64,000 bases of DNA from the NCBI RefSeq assembly GCF_006345805.1, contig NC_043009.1, forward strand, positions 5,332,001 to 5,396,000. The letters run 5' to 3'. Shown piece by piece: positions 1 through 13,423 of the stretch. How positions within the stretch are numbered: the stretch's first letter is position 1; each line of letters begins with the position of its first letter. A program made the position numbers and the translations under genes. A model generated the notes under the pieces. That model worked only from the letters and a program-made list of their open reading frames with translations. It made no database searches and had not been told where the DNA came from. The DNA is from Octopus sinensis. Lineage: Eukaryota.

Positions 1-18
1 AACTGAAAGAAGCCCGTC

Positions 19-67
<49 letters not shown>

Positions 68-250
68 GGTATATGTTGGTGTGTCTGTGTTTGTCCCCCA
101 TCACCGCTTGACAACCGATGCTGGTATGTTTACTTCCCCGTAACCTAACGGTTCGGCAAAAGATACCGATAAATTAAGAGCTAGGCTTCCAAATGCGGTG
201 CTCCAGCATGGCCGCAGTCAAATGACTGAAACAAGTAAAAGAGTAAAAGA
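1..250 (+). mobile_element. SINE family B (tRNA-type SINE with internal microsatellite), 3' part, cut by window start
   Basis: AACTGAAAGAAGCCCGTCGT-(TA)n-GTGTCTGTGTTTGTCCCC...GACTGAAACAAGTAAAAGAGTAAAAG matches the copies at 17231, 53790 and 55333 in this window. Confidence 0.8.
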
Positions 251-430
251 TTAACTACATAAATGTATATCAAAGACTCATAATTTGTAAACGTTTATAT
301 ATGTCAATACCACGTTGAACTGCGGTAGTAGTGCGCTTTACACTTCCTCATTGCCTCTTTAGATCTGTATACGAAACGAAGTAACAAAAATCATTGTTGG
401 TTCTAATTTCTATAGGTTATCTGTAGAAAT

Positions 431-690
431 GTTTTTTTACTTGTTCCTTCTCGAGCCATGCCACGATGCGAAGCCGGTCCATCGCAGGTAAGCTGCAAGA
501 TGCAGGAGGAAAGATGGAGAGAAAGTTGTAGCGAAAGAGTCAGCAGAGGTTCGCCATTACCTTCTGCCAGAGCTGCGGTAGAGCTGAGGTGGTCCGCTCA
601 TAAACACACTCATCTCCCGGTCTGAGATTCGAACCCGCGATCCTTCGACCACGAGACCGCTGCTCTAAACACTAGGCCATGTGCCTCCAC
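431..690 (-). mobile_element. tRNA-derived SINE (family C) with 12-bp target-site duplication
   Basis: Minus strand GGAGGCACATGGCCTAGTGTTTAGAGC (A box)...GGGTTCGAATCTC (B box); homologous to 33887-34103; flanked by ATCTGTAGAAAT (419-430) and ATCTATAGAAAT (691-702). Confidence 0.8.
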
Positions 691-1409
691 ATCTATAGAA
701 ATAATCTTAACAAATAATGTAAAAACATTTAATATACTTTGTAGTATATTATTCTTGCAAAACGAAATACCACATACCTACAAAATATTAGTATTTACTT
801 ACCAGCTTTCATATGCGTTTAATATGTAAATTGGTATATCGAATAGCTTTACACTGTTATATATACAGGCTATTTGAAGAATGTGTTCGAGAATGATTAA
901 TGGGTTAGAGGGATACTGAGAAATGGGCAACCACTCCAACCCGAATATGATATATACGACCATTACTCATTTTTTATATTCGATCTCATTGTTTGTTTAC
1001 GTCTGACGTCTCGTATACGAAACGTGGTAACAAAATTCAGAGCTGGCTAAATTTCAATAGAATATCTGTAGAAATAACCTTAACTGATAACTCGGAGACT
1101 TAATCTAACCTTGATGAATGTCTTCATAGAAAACAAAGATACATATAATAGAAAACTGACGGACTTTCTAAACTCTTTACATTTCTTTATTCATTTACTG
1201 GCTTTAGCCATTTTATGACAGCCAAGTTAGGTTACTGTAGTAAGTAGTAATAGTAACGTAATATCTATCTCATTATGAAACTTATGTTATTGACCTCGGT
1301 TTTCGCGAAACGCTATGTTACACTTTAAATATAAAAATCTCATGCAGCATAGACATTTTGGTCAAGAAGAGCAATTTCCAGTGAGTAAGAAATTTGATTT
1401 CATAGAACC

Positions 1410-2190
1410 CAGTGCTCAATTGGTATTTATTTTATCCTCCCCGACAGAATGATGGGCAAAGTCACCCTCGGCAAACTTTGAAGTTAGAACGTAAATTTAA
1501 AAGGATTGGCGCTAACCATTTTACCCGGTTTGTTAACGATTCCTCCTGCAACACTTTATGTAAGGCATAGATGTTGCTTTCAAATTTTGGCACAAGGCCA
1601 GCCGGTTCTGGGGATTAGGTAAGTTGACTATATTGACCCCCAATGCTGAACTTGTACTTATATTAATGACTTCGAAAGTATGAAAGGTAAAGTCGAACTC
1701 ATCAGAATTTGAACTCAGAGTGTAAAATCGGATGAAATGCGGCTAAGCATCTTGACCGGTGTGCTAACGATTCTTACTTTTTTATTGCCCACAAGGGGCT
1801 AAACATAGAGGGGATAAATAAGGGCAGACAAAGTGATTAAGTCGGTTACATCGACCCCAGTGCGTAACTGGTACTTAATTTATCGACCCCGAAAGGTTGA
1901 AAGGCAAAGTCGACCATGGCGGAATTTGAACTCAGAACGTAAAGACAGACGAAATACCGCTAAGAATTTCGCCCGGCCTGCCAACGATTCTGCCAGCTTA
2001 CTGCTTAGCTAATGCAAATGATATTAAGAATACATATAGGTTTCAAATACTGACACAAACCCAGCAATTTTCAATAATTTTTCAGTGCTTTCAGTTGTCC
2101 TCTGCAGAATTGGAACTCAGAACGTGAAGAGGGACGAGATGGCACTGAGCAGCTTGATCAGGATGCTAACGATTCCGTCAGATCGTCGCC
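1410..2190 (-). mobile_element. Cluster of four head-to-tail SINE family A copies (best preserved 1778-2003)
   Basis: Repeated reverse complements of GGCAGAATCGTTAGCAC...TTCTGAGTTCAAATTCCGCC...TTTGCCTTTCATCCTTTCGGGGTCGATAAATTAAGTACCAG; homologous to 9413-9647 and 59454-59686. Confidence 0.8.
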
Positions 2191-2956
2191 CTATATCAAG
2201 CATAGGTATCAAGTAAAAGTAGTATGATGAGGCTTTTGTACAGAGTGATAATTTGTAGCCAACAAACTGAATATTTACTTTTTGTATAGTTATCACCTGA
2301 TCTCCATTATGCCTAAAGCTAAAACACTTATTTAGGTTTCAACTACCTAATTTATATCTCTATAAATATGTGGCTTTACGGCACTATACAATATTTCATC
2401 AAATAAAACTCCGTCAATTTGTAGATAATTTTATTGGCTTGCAATTCTATGTTCCATTCGTCTGAAATAAAATTATTTTAATTAGACTGGCATTATATCA
2501 ATAATTACCTTATAGACTGTAAGATGCAAAACGTACACCTAGGCACTAGATTGGATTCAGTGAAACGAAATGAAGAAAACTCTTTTTTTTCCCCACTTAT
2601 CACAAACATATGTTTACACTGAAATCCCAGGCGCCAACTTAGATTTATATGATCGTTGCATTACTATATAATCAGTGTACCGTCATCTCGTGCCACCAGC
2701 CAGGTTTTCAAGTCACATACATGATTGCCCAGATCTATAACCATTAATCCTGACAACAAACGTTAATCATACTTCATAAGATTACTGAGTATAATAAATG
2801 AGTGTCTCTAAATACCATCTTGTATACGTCCACGTCCTACAAAATGTTTAATTTTGCAACATAAAAGTATCCCTATTTACAGGTATCTTCACTACAAACA
2901 ACCCAAGTTCGTGGATTAAATATATTTTCACCAAGTTTCTATCGAATTTTGCTATA

Positions 2957-3013
2957 TGCACCTTTATAAGTGCACCTTTATCAGTGCACCTTTATATGCA
3001 CCTTTATCAGTGC
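2957..3013. repeat. Short minisatellite, 4 x TGCACCTTTAT(AAG/CAG/A)
   Basis: Core TGCACCTTTAT at 2957, 2971, 2985, 2997. Confidence 0.9.
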
Positions 3014-3275
3014 CAGCTCTGTGCAGATTAAGTTTAAACATAAGGTACCAAAGAATTCTGATTCATTTGCATCCAGTACCACTCTGCATAAACAAACACC
3101 TCAACCATCTCACTTTTCTGTATAAAATCTCTTGTCACTATAAATATGCAAGAACTATGAAAAGCAATGGTCATCTCAGCATTATTAGTGTTACTGATAT
3201 CGCTTGTAAGGAATTAGTACAGCAGTACTACTCTCATATTCATTAAAATGTTCAATCGCTCTCTTTTTCTCCTTT

Positions 3276-3327
<52 letters not shown>

Positions 3328-4306
3328 CTCTATCTTTGCACTTATCAGGGCATATGTCAGATACTCAGGGCATCATATCACTATTCTCCAAAACGCAGTT
3401 ACTCCAAACTAAATACCGGCCTATTCACATACGTTCACATGTTTCACATATCAATGAAGTAATGAGTGGAAGCCGCATTTTTCGTCTACTTGCGTTCGTT
3501 CGTCTAATGTTTGTCCACATGTTTTATATTTTCAACTTCAGCCCAATCATTTCTAGGTATTGTTGAAATATATTGCCCTTGCTGTTAAAATTCCCTGCTG
3601 TACGCACCTAATTCCATCTTTTAAAGTGCATTCGAAGTTGCCCAACATCATCACTATTTACTGGCTGTCACAACCAAGCAATATGTGGTCACAAATTGAG
3701 ACAGTATTTTCTTCGTTATCTTTAGAGACACCCTATATCATAAATATCGTCTTTAACTCAAACATTCACTAATATTAAGTGCACTTCTTTAAGGCTAAGA
3801 CCAGGCTGAATCGTTACCACGCTGGACAAATGCTTAGGAGTAAGTAGTTCGTTCGTCCTTACGTTCTGTGTTCTTGTTCCGCGGAAGTCGACTTGCTTTT
3901 CATCATTTTCGGGGTCGATAAACTAAATGTCATTTGAGTGCAGGATTAGATGTAATCGAATTACCTACTTCCCCGAACATGATGAAGTTATGCTGAAATA
4001 TGAATTCAATATCAAGTGCACATCTGTATATAAGAATTAAAATTGGCATTGAAAATATAAGGATTTATTTTTAAACATTTCACATAATTTTGACGACTAA
4101 ATTAATGATTTAAACATACATTGAGAATAGCCCTTCTTCAGGTTGGTGTGTGAATGCGTATAAAGTACGCTTATACCTAGAGTTGAAATCTTATCATCAT
4201 ATCGTCATTATTCGTTATTATTTCAAACCTTTGCTAACAACTGTCTCTCAGCCATTTCTATCGGAATGCGTGCGTCTCAGTGAAGGTATGAGTTGAGTTT
4301 GAATAC

Positions 4307-4345
<39 letters not shown>

Positions 4346-6356
4346 GAGAGAAATAGAGAGAGAAAGAGATAAACAGATAAATAGATAGATAGATAGACAG
4401 ACAGACAAGGAGATAGATTGATAGATATAGTCAGAGAGAGAAATATTTATATTAAATTTGTTCGACCCCAAAAAAAAATCGACGAATATATTGTAGTAAA
4501 GATATAAAAAGAAGGAAGGTGTACGAAGAGTGTATATATATATAAGTATCCAGATATATAATTACACACATATTGATATATGTGCATATATGAATGTATG
4601 TATATAATATATATATATGCATGCGTACAAATATGCATACACCAAACACTAGCACGAGAATACACTCATATAATAGAAGATAAGTTTTATACGCAAATCT
4701 ATAAAGAAAAGGAGATACATTAATTACCTTAAGATAAATATATTATACTAAATAGTTATTGTCTATTATATCATATTAACACCCGACGGAAATGCGTCTG
4801 AATATAAAAACTAACGTTAAATTATTGTGTTTTTTTTTATCATAGTTTTAAATAATTTCGTTTTTTCACAGATTCTATGTATGAATATCTCTTAATTAGC
4901 TTTTCAATTTTAGACAACTGACATCTCATAAATGTATTTGAAAGAAAAAAATACATAAAAGCGAATAATATCTTTAATGCGAATGACCGAATATTATCAA
5001 AATTCACAATACAGTATTGACAAGAAATTGGTTAAGTCTGATGCGATGGCATTCAAAGCTGTTCTACTTTTGTATTTCCATAAATGGTGCTGTAACCGAT
5101 GAGTTGATAAACACAGACTAAGAATACACACCACAGCTATATCTTCACATAAACGAACATAAGTTAGTAGCAAATCAGCCTTTTAGTTTGGAACAAAGAA
5201 TCCGGTCCACTTCACTAAAAGATACCTTTGATGAGTTTTAGCTTCTCACCATTTCTCGACTAATTTGTACGAAACTATGGCGCTTAAACAAACCAAAATA
5301 ACACCGCTCTGCATTTGCTATTTTCCTTTCCTCATCTTTCAAACCCAAGCTTGCAGTAACTCCTTGTTAAATACTTGTCTTCATGATCTGTTTCACTACA
5401 ATACATACGCAGGTAACACACAGCCGAAGTTTTCACATCTCTGCTCCCTAAGTGAGTAAATAAATTCTTAAATAAATTCTTAAATAAACCATTAATTGCC
5501 CTTGAAAGATGCGTTCAATAGATCTCTCCTTTCACAGTATAATTCTACAAGATTTTTCTGTTCTGAAATACAGTACCAGAATGGAACCAGCTATTTCTTT
5601 CCTCATGCGCTTTCACATGTATACAATACTATCAACTACATCAGAAGTACTATCAGTATTTGTAAAGGCATCAAATCGTTCAGCAATAATCTGTTGCCAA
5701 CATTCCACAATGTTAGATCGCAGGTGTTATCCTCATTGTAATTTATGGTACGGTGCTATCATTATATAGACCTATACAAGTTTCTTTCTACATAAAACAC
5801 ACGGATTATATTCAAGTAACACACTATCCTATCTTACTGCGTGTTTTTTATGATATATAAATATAAAAATTATACGTATTAATAATTAATTATTATCAAT
5901 AGTTCCATCTAGCTAAATCCTCTGGACGTACCTATCTCTCATTCACCTAATTCATCTAACCTTCCAAATCTCAATCAATATATGTCCACGCTTTCCTCTA
6001 TACGATTTCGAACTCCCGAAATCCATTTCTCCGTTACGGCTCCCTGGAGATGCTGACCTATAAACGTGATCTATAAATGAACAAATACCGCAGACATTCA
6101 CCAGATTGGGTGGGCTCTCAAAAGCAATTTACAATACATCGAGGTTAATAATTTTGTTAGTACTGTGAGAATTCCGTTCTGCCTACAAGCTTCGCCCTTA
6201 CGAAATATTGTTCATTACTATTACATGTAGCTAGACAGTATGAAGTAATATGTGTTCAGTTAAGTAGCTGGAGAAGTTCGTGTTTCTTTTACCTTTAGAA
6301 ATACAATTATGCACACGTACATGCATTCATATACACTTACGTTGCATACATATATA

Positions 6357-6411
<55 letters not shown>

Positions 6412-7865
6412 GCATACATACATATAAGTATATACACAGAAGGACAGATGGAGAGGAAGATAGATAAAGAAAGAGATAGAAATAAATAGACAGGGAGACA
6501 GACTCAAATACACACAAATAAATACGCAGGCTTACACTTAAACATAATTTCTCGCGTCAAAATGGAACACCTACATAACTACAGTACTTGAAACAATGAA
6601 GACCCCATTGTAGAATTCAAGGTTTCTTGTTTTTATTTCGTTTCTCAGGTCAATCTATTTTAGATTTAATTACATTAATCTCTCTTCCTTTTCATTGTGT
6701 TTCTATTTTATAGCTTTCTTCCCGCTTCTTTTTATTATTTTACTCTATTTTTAATCTATAACTTCAAAGTTTTCATAGCATGTGTGTGTGTGTTTTGCTC
6801 GTTCTATTTTTTTAAACCTCGTCTACTTTGCTTTGTATAAATAAATGGCAAACTCGTTTAGTATAACTGGTGTTCAGATGCAGGAAGCTTTTCCACGTGA
6901 CGCTCAGTTAAAGAACATTTCATAAAATACATTTGAAATAAATTAGAAGCAAATTTTCACAAAATAAAACAAGGCAACATATATACGTATAGAAATAGAA
7001 TAGTTTCACTAGCATCATTGCGTTCTTTCTATTTTCCATATATGAAGACGAGATTTGGAATATTATACTGTCAATTGAAAAGAAAACTAATTAGGGCAGT
7101 TCTCTCCCTTATCGAATATTCTTAATCATCGATGAATTTTAAGTCATTTAACTATCATGAATTCATTCTCTCTATGTATTAGAGGTCAAACTCGAATTCC
7201 GAGCCCGTAAAATTTACTAATGCAAACCTTTCTGTCGACTCTGATAAATCCAACATATTGATTTCGACACGCTTATAAGAAAATATCCGAATAATATCCA
7301 ACAATTTCCTCCAACTCCTTTAGTCATTGACGACTCCAGGATTTAGAGTATGATAGTGGAGAGTAGAGATCATTTGACTGCTATTTGATTTAATATCAAC
7401 GAGTTTTACCTGGGGGTACAGAACTGGTCACTAAATGGTGACGCATAAAATTCAGCAGAGTCTGGACTTTTACTTCAAATTTATTGTCACAATGATAAAA
7501 TGGAAAAAAAAAACTGAGATAGCGATGAAGAAAGAAGGCGCATTACTGATAGTTTGATCCCTATTTGTTTGAAGATTTACGGAATCAGGGGACATGTAGG
7601 GTCATACAGCAATGGAAAGTGCATTAAATCATTAGAGTATAAATATTTCAATAATAGTGAGAAAAAGATTGTCTCAATATAAAAGTATTCAAAACAATCG
7701 AGAAAAAATTATGGTTAGGTAATCGAAGAAAAATATTGTTTGAGCAACTGATAGTTTGTGATGGTACAACCGGAAGCGCTAGTTAACAGAAATTAAATTA
7801 TTACCGGGAAATGATTTAGTAGTGTGTGCAAAAACAATAACACTCTGCCCCCCTCTCTCTCTCTT

Positions 7866-7902
<37 letters not shown>

Positions 7903-8217
7903 AATCGCACATACACACACATACATATACAGAGATATTCGGTCAAGATAGATAGATTCATAGATAGATAGATAGACAGCCAGATAGACAAACAGCTAGC
8001 GAGCTAACTAGATAGATAGATAGGTCCATAAAGAGACAGTCAGCTAATTACATAAGTAGATACATACATATATACACATATACATAAAAGTGTGTGTACT
8101 TGTTTAAATCAGATACTGAATTTGCACAGCGTACGTGATCGGTTGGGATTTTCAGGATTTGAAATTAAAAGGAAAAATCAACTTATATTATCGGGTATTT
8201 CTTATCATACATACACA

Positions 8218-8325
<108 letters not shown>

Positions 8326-8389
8326 GACACATGGTCACATAACTGTATTGCTTGTTTTATCTCAAGTTACGTATAAATTGGGAAGACGT

Positions 8390-8690
8390 ATGACCTAGTG
8401 TTTGTTGCTGCATTCAAGAGCGCATAGACTGTAAGTTCAATTTTCGGACCCGCCTGTGCTTTGAGTTCTTGAGCAAATCATTTCATTTTAAGTTGTTCTG
8501 CTGGTGGGACAGCACCAGCATCACTGACGCGCCGACAGAAATGCTTTACAGTATGAAGAAAGGAGCGCGAAACAACTCCAATATTCGCCCCATGTCTAGT
8601 CATGGATATCCATAGTTCCCGCCCAGTTCGTACAGAGATTGCTGCAGAAGGTCAACATGCAAGGGACCTGACTAGGGACCGACAACTACT
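8390..8690 (+). mobile_element. Degenerate SINE family D copy
   Basis: TGAGTTCTTGAGCAAATCATTTCATTTTAAGTTGTTC resembles the central TGTGTTCTTGAGCAAGACACTCTGTTTCACGTTGCTCC of 18469-18795. Confidence 0.45.
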
Positions 8691-9277
8691 AGATTGGATA
8701 CATAGATCAATTTAACATTAAACTGAAAGAGTATGCAATACATATAAATTTTTTCAAGTGAAACCTTCACAATGAATTCGAGGTTTGTAGGTGTTAGATT
8801 TCATGAGACTGACAGCCCGATAAAGATGCGGGACCCGAACATTGAAATCGCTATTCATGGGGAAAGTTACATAATACATATATACATAGTCAATCACTCA
8901 ATCACACAAATACACAAACATACCTATATGTATATATATACATACACACACATGCATATATATATACACATATATGTATATATGTGTATATATATATACA
9001 CATATATGTATATATGTATATATATATATATATATGTATATATTTGTCTATATTATTAGAATTATCCTGCGTTTGAGATTAAAATTATTTCTTTTATATA
9101 TATATATATACTTGCAGAAATACCCGGTGTTGCCCAGTTTGAAAACAATAATGAAATTTCAAAACGTCTTTTAGATTGTGCAGGTCTCGATTACTAGTAA
9201 ATGAGATACAAGCTTTCTACATTGATAACTGACCAACCCATGCGAGCATAGAACATAACCACTGGGCCATTGCGTCT

Positions 9278-9346
<69 letters not shown>

Positions 9347-9412
9347 CACACACTCATACACGCACACATTCATACACACACACATACATATATATGTATA
9401 TGGTACATGACG

Positions 9413-9647
9413 GGCGGCGAGATGGCAGAAACGTTAGCACGCCGGGCGAAATGCGTAGCCGTATTTCGTATGCCGTTACGTTCTGAGTTCAAATTCCGCC
9501 GAGGTTGACTTTGCCTTTCATCCTTTCGGGGTCGACTAAATAAGTACCAGTTACGCACTGGGGTCGATATAATCGACTTAATCCGTGTGTCTGTCCTTGT
9601 TTGTCCTGTCTGTGTTTAGCCCCTTGTGGGTAGTAAAGAAATAGGTA
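9413..9647 (+). mobile_element. Full-length SINE family A with 13-bp TSD
   Basis: GGCGGCGAGATGGCAGAAACGTTAGCACGCCGGGCGAAATG...CCCCTTGTGGGTAGTAAAGAAATAGG; GGTACATGACGGG present at 9402-9414 and 9644-9656. Confidence 0.9.
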
Positions 9648-10227
9648 CATGACGGGTTTTTTTCATTTTTCCACTCACAAGGCTATGGTCAACACAAGAT
9701 TGCAGTTGGAGACATTCGCCTACGGTTCCATGCAGTGGATCGGAACTGGAACCGTGTCATTTGGAAGCAAGTTTCATAACACAAACACGCCTATGTCTAT
9801 ACACCCATCCATCCATCCACCATACATCCATCTTTCCATACATACATACACCCATGCATAGAGCATTATAATTATACTGAGTCAGAGCAAGCTTATATAG
9901 TGATACAGTATTGTATGGTTATAATACTTTAATAAAGAAAACAGACGGTACTATGTTCACTTCTGTGTATATGGTATTCGTATTAGACTTCAACTCTGTA
10001 TGATATTATCTCACAAATTTTGTCAGACCTATTTACGAAATGGTCATAGTCTTGTCTGTTGTGTTTCAAAACAATGATGCTTTTTGAATGGCCATGCACA
10101 TGAAAATCTATGCAACTGAAAAATATATATGAGAGGTCTCAGTAGAATATCATATATGAGATGTAATTGCCAACATGCGAATTGTTATAACAACCGAGCT
10201 TTAAATTTTCAATACAAAAATTTCGAT

Positions 10228-10279
<52 letters not shown>

Positions 10280-10568
10280 CACGCATAGAAACACAGAAAG
10301 CAGAAAACACTTACGAAGCACTTGTGAATAAAATGAATCATTATTTACGTCCCGAAATATATCTTTGTTTTCATTTGTATGTGTATTTAGATGCGTCTAC
10401 ACTTCCTGGTATCTCCCATTATGAGTAGACATATGTTTACGTATAAATAAACCTAATTTATTTAAATAACCATACAACAATACGCACGTTAGCACACACG
10501 TGTATAGCCATCTACACATTGATCGCACATGTATATACATACAGAAGAGACACGCATACGTATTTATG

Positions 10569-10599
<31 letters not shown>

Positions 10600-10938
10600 C
10601 TATATATATATATATATTTACTTGTGTGTCTGTATATATATGTGTATATGTATATACGTATTAGTCTATCTATCGATCTATCTAATATATACACACACAC
10701 ACACATATATATATATGTACGTAGGCGCACATGTTTGTGTAAACAATGAATTACTTGTAAATAACATTATTTGATACAATCATCTTGCTACATGGTGGAA
10801 TGAAAAATGAGGTAAGAAAAAAAATACTTAATATATAACCAAACTTGACTAAACAATTCTGCCACCTCTGTGGGGATTTTACATTGTATTCTGTTGAAAT
10901 GTATTCGCATATATAAGTGTTTGTGAGTATATATATAT

Positions 10939-10982
<44 letters not shown>

Positions 10983-11054
10983 AGTACACACACATATATA
11001 TACATGCAATCATACATATATACATCCATACATTTACATATATATATATGTATG

Positions 11055-11087
<33 letters not shown>

Positions 11088-11637
11088 CTGATGCATAGGA
11101 ACTTTTGTAAAATGTTGGAAAATGTAAGCTGATCATGTGATTATATTTATGCGAACACTATAACGTTAGATTTGAGGGAATAAGGAAATATGTAAAAACA
11201 ACAAAATAATATTAAAAAAAAAACGTTAAAGTAAACTCAAATTTGCCGAAGATGATACTCTTGGGAATGTATTTTTCATATATTATATGTTGCATTCACA
11301 GCAAAACAAAAAAAAATATAAAGAATAAAAATGGCAGAATGACATAGAGAGAAATTCTGAGAGACCAATTGTATCATGTCAAAACAAAATAAAAAAAAAC
11401 AGAAAACTTCCGCTTGTATATACGTATAGATGTACACTAAAATATATGGCACTCTTATGTAGAGAAAATACATGTACGGGAACCACATATATTCAAAATA
11501 ATTATCAAGTATACATATTTGATACGCGCACACATCACATAGACAAACATATACAAAATACACACACACACACATATATATATATATAATATATATATAT
11601 ATATATGCATATATATATGCATATATATATCCATATA

Positions 11638-11695
<58 letters not shown>

Positions 11696-11747
11696 TATTG
11701 GTGAATTGAAGAAATGGAGCTGAACGAAGATTGAACAGAAATCGTTT

Positions 11748-11840
11748 TATTTCATTCTACACGTGTTTCGAAAGGCACAATTTACCAAAATCCGATTGAA
11801 TAATGAGACCATATTGTGTCTTTCTCTTCAGGAAGAAATA
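11748..11840 (-). ncRNA. Type I hammerhead ribozyme (inverted-arm copy)
   Basis: Reverse complement of 16049-16141; CUGAAGA at 11831-11825, GAAA at 11769-11766, GUA cleavage triplet at 11760-11758. Confidence 0.85.
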
Positions 11841-12441
11841 GGAAATCCGTTGGAAAAAACAAAAACAGAACAGAGGCGGAGCAAAACAAATCGAACTAGG
11901 CTCCTAAGAGCCCATGGCAAAACTGCTTATCAGTGTATGTTGAGAACCGGTGGCTGAAGATTTTAACACGTCAGGCAGCGGTCAATCATGTGGGTGAGGG
12001 TGTGTAGATGTTCTTTGTGACCGAGAATAAAGTTCTGACTATTTAAGGAATATTCGATGTTTTATAAGGGGCGAGAAAAAATCTACTTAGAGACAAGTGT
12101 GTGTATACTGTTCTATATATGTGTGTGCTGGCGTAGGGGTAGAAACCATTTTTTGTGTACGTGTGTGCGTTTGATCGCTCGGCTGTCAGTGGCTAAGCCG
12201 CTCTCCACAATGGCTACTGCAGTAAGAACCGTTGGGTGGCAGAAAAAAATATATATTATGTTTTATGTGTGTGTGTGTTCGTCTGAGCCTGCCTTGTCAA
12301 GGTAACCCCCCGTTGTCAAAAAAACAAGCCCCGTTTATCTTACAGGAGTAATTCCCCTTGCAGTGGTTAATCGTAAATATCTTAAAGGCTATTTCAGAAT
12401 TTGTTACCAAGGGCTAAGGGTGCCGGTATTATTTATAAACG

Positions 12442-13395
12442 CTATTTAAAAGCCAGATAAGTGTAACGCCGCCAATGGGGGCATCGAAAAGCCGACTGTA
12501 AAAGTCCGTTTACCATCCGGCCTCTGGCAAACAAAATATGGAAGAGTTCGGAGACACAAAGGTTGCACTGCCTTCTGCCCCTATCAAATGGGAGGGCCTC
12601 CGACAAAATTGACCATTCCAGCCTGTAGCTTGAGTTCGTATCCTTCAGTCGCCATATTAGCTTGCTGAGTCCCGTGGTCTGGCGCTTGTTCATGTCCCGA
12701 AAAGTTGCGTAATGGTTGGAGACTCGCAAAGCCAATCTTGACGATGAGGCCCCTACATAAGTGAAGACATCTGAGTCCGTGTAAACCTTGCATTGGTAGA
12801 CGGCGTTTTTGATCTTGGAGTTCGCCGACGTGAATCTTATTCTGCTAGGATTAGTTTCTGAAATTAGAACTGCGTTCCTGTCACTATATTCGTTCCGAGA
12901 ACTGCAGCCGCTTACTACTCTATTTTCCACTACGTCACTATTAACTATAGGAATAACCCCTGATTCTCCACTATCTATCAGAATGCTGTCATTGCTAGTG
13001 CCCGTGGTGCTGCTATTGCGGGAAATGATGCTGGGGATGCTATTGGGGCTCTCTACCCTACTCCCATTGTTAGCGTCAACCACAACTCCCCTATTTATAA
13101 CTATACCCCTAGTGGGTACTCCCTGGCTGGAGCTGAGATTATGTGTCACTGTACTGGCTCTCATATCATTATTACTACTATAATTATTCCTACTGAGCAT
13201 TAAACCGGGAGCGGAAGAGGCTGAGCCTCCGGAAAAAGGTGATAGGGTCTTAGTAAGTAGCCTATTATTATGGGAGGCGATTATCTGGGCGAGGTTTTTA
13301 GTGTTGGAGAAAGCTATCCTAACTTTATGCGAGTTAACCGTGGAGTAATATTTGGAATTTCTGGGGAAGTTATTGGCGATGGCTTGTCTAAACAT
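12442..13395 (-). CDS. Uninterrupted C-terminal 317 aa of the PLE ORF (RT thumb, N/S-rich linker, GIY-YIG endonuclease) in the inverted arm
   Basis: NAVYQCKV...YVGASS..LRVSNH...TGLSKLIWRLK...CNLCVSE...N...CPH is a GIY-YIG pattern. The listed Met is not a natural start because the arm is a truncated inverted copy. Confidence 0.85.
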   Translation of the reverse strand: MFRQAIANNFPRNSKYYSTVNSHKVRIAFSNTKNLAQIIASHNNRLLTKTLSPFSGGSASSAPGLMLSRNNYSSNNDMRASTVTHNLSSSQGVPTRGIVINRGVVVDANNGSRVESPNSIPSIISRNSSTTGTSNDSILIDSGESGVIPIVNSDVVENRVVSGCSSRNEYSDRNAVLISETNPSRIRFTSANSKIKNAVYQCKVYTDSDVFTYVGASSSRLALRVSNHYATFRDMNKRQTTGLSKLIWRLKDTNSSYRLEWSILSEALPFDRGRRQCNLCVSELFHILFARGRMVNGLLQSAFRCPHWRRYTYLAFK

Positions 13396-13423
13396 GAGGG
13401 GGAGGTTAGTTCTAATCTGCTTA

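Noticed and set aside
431-690. tRNA-like A/B boxes here and at 18795 and 33887
   Set aside because: No full cloverleaf, and they continue into SINE bodies, so they are not tRNA genes
4120-4145. CTGAAGAAGGG on the minus strand; similar CTGACGA at ~50475
   Set aside because: No matching stem II plus GAAAC, too degenerate to call
5358-5723. Two possible + strand exons (GTGAGT donor at 5452, acceptor at 5536)
   Set aside because: Open frames are phase-incompatible and no homology is recognisable
11763-11957. MFRKAQF... ORF open in three copies (15932, 29933)
   Set aside because: Antisense to the ribozyme region of a young repeat; the differences between copies change amino acids, with no sign of constraint
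12809-13183. Hydrophobic 124-aa ORF (also 14708-15082 minus) that looks like a membrane protein
   Set aside because: It is the antisense reading of the Asn/Ser-rich PLE linker; AAT/AGT codons give Ile/Thr/Leu on the other strand
13270-13423. N-terminal part of the 13270-13752 ORF
   Set aside because: Chimeric read-through from the inverted arm across the junction at 13423; only the part after it is RT
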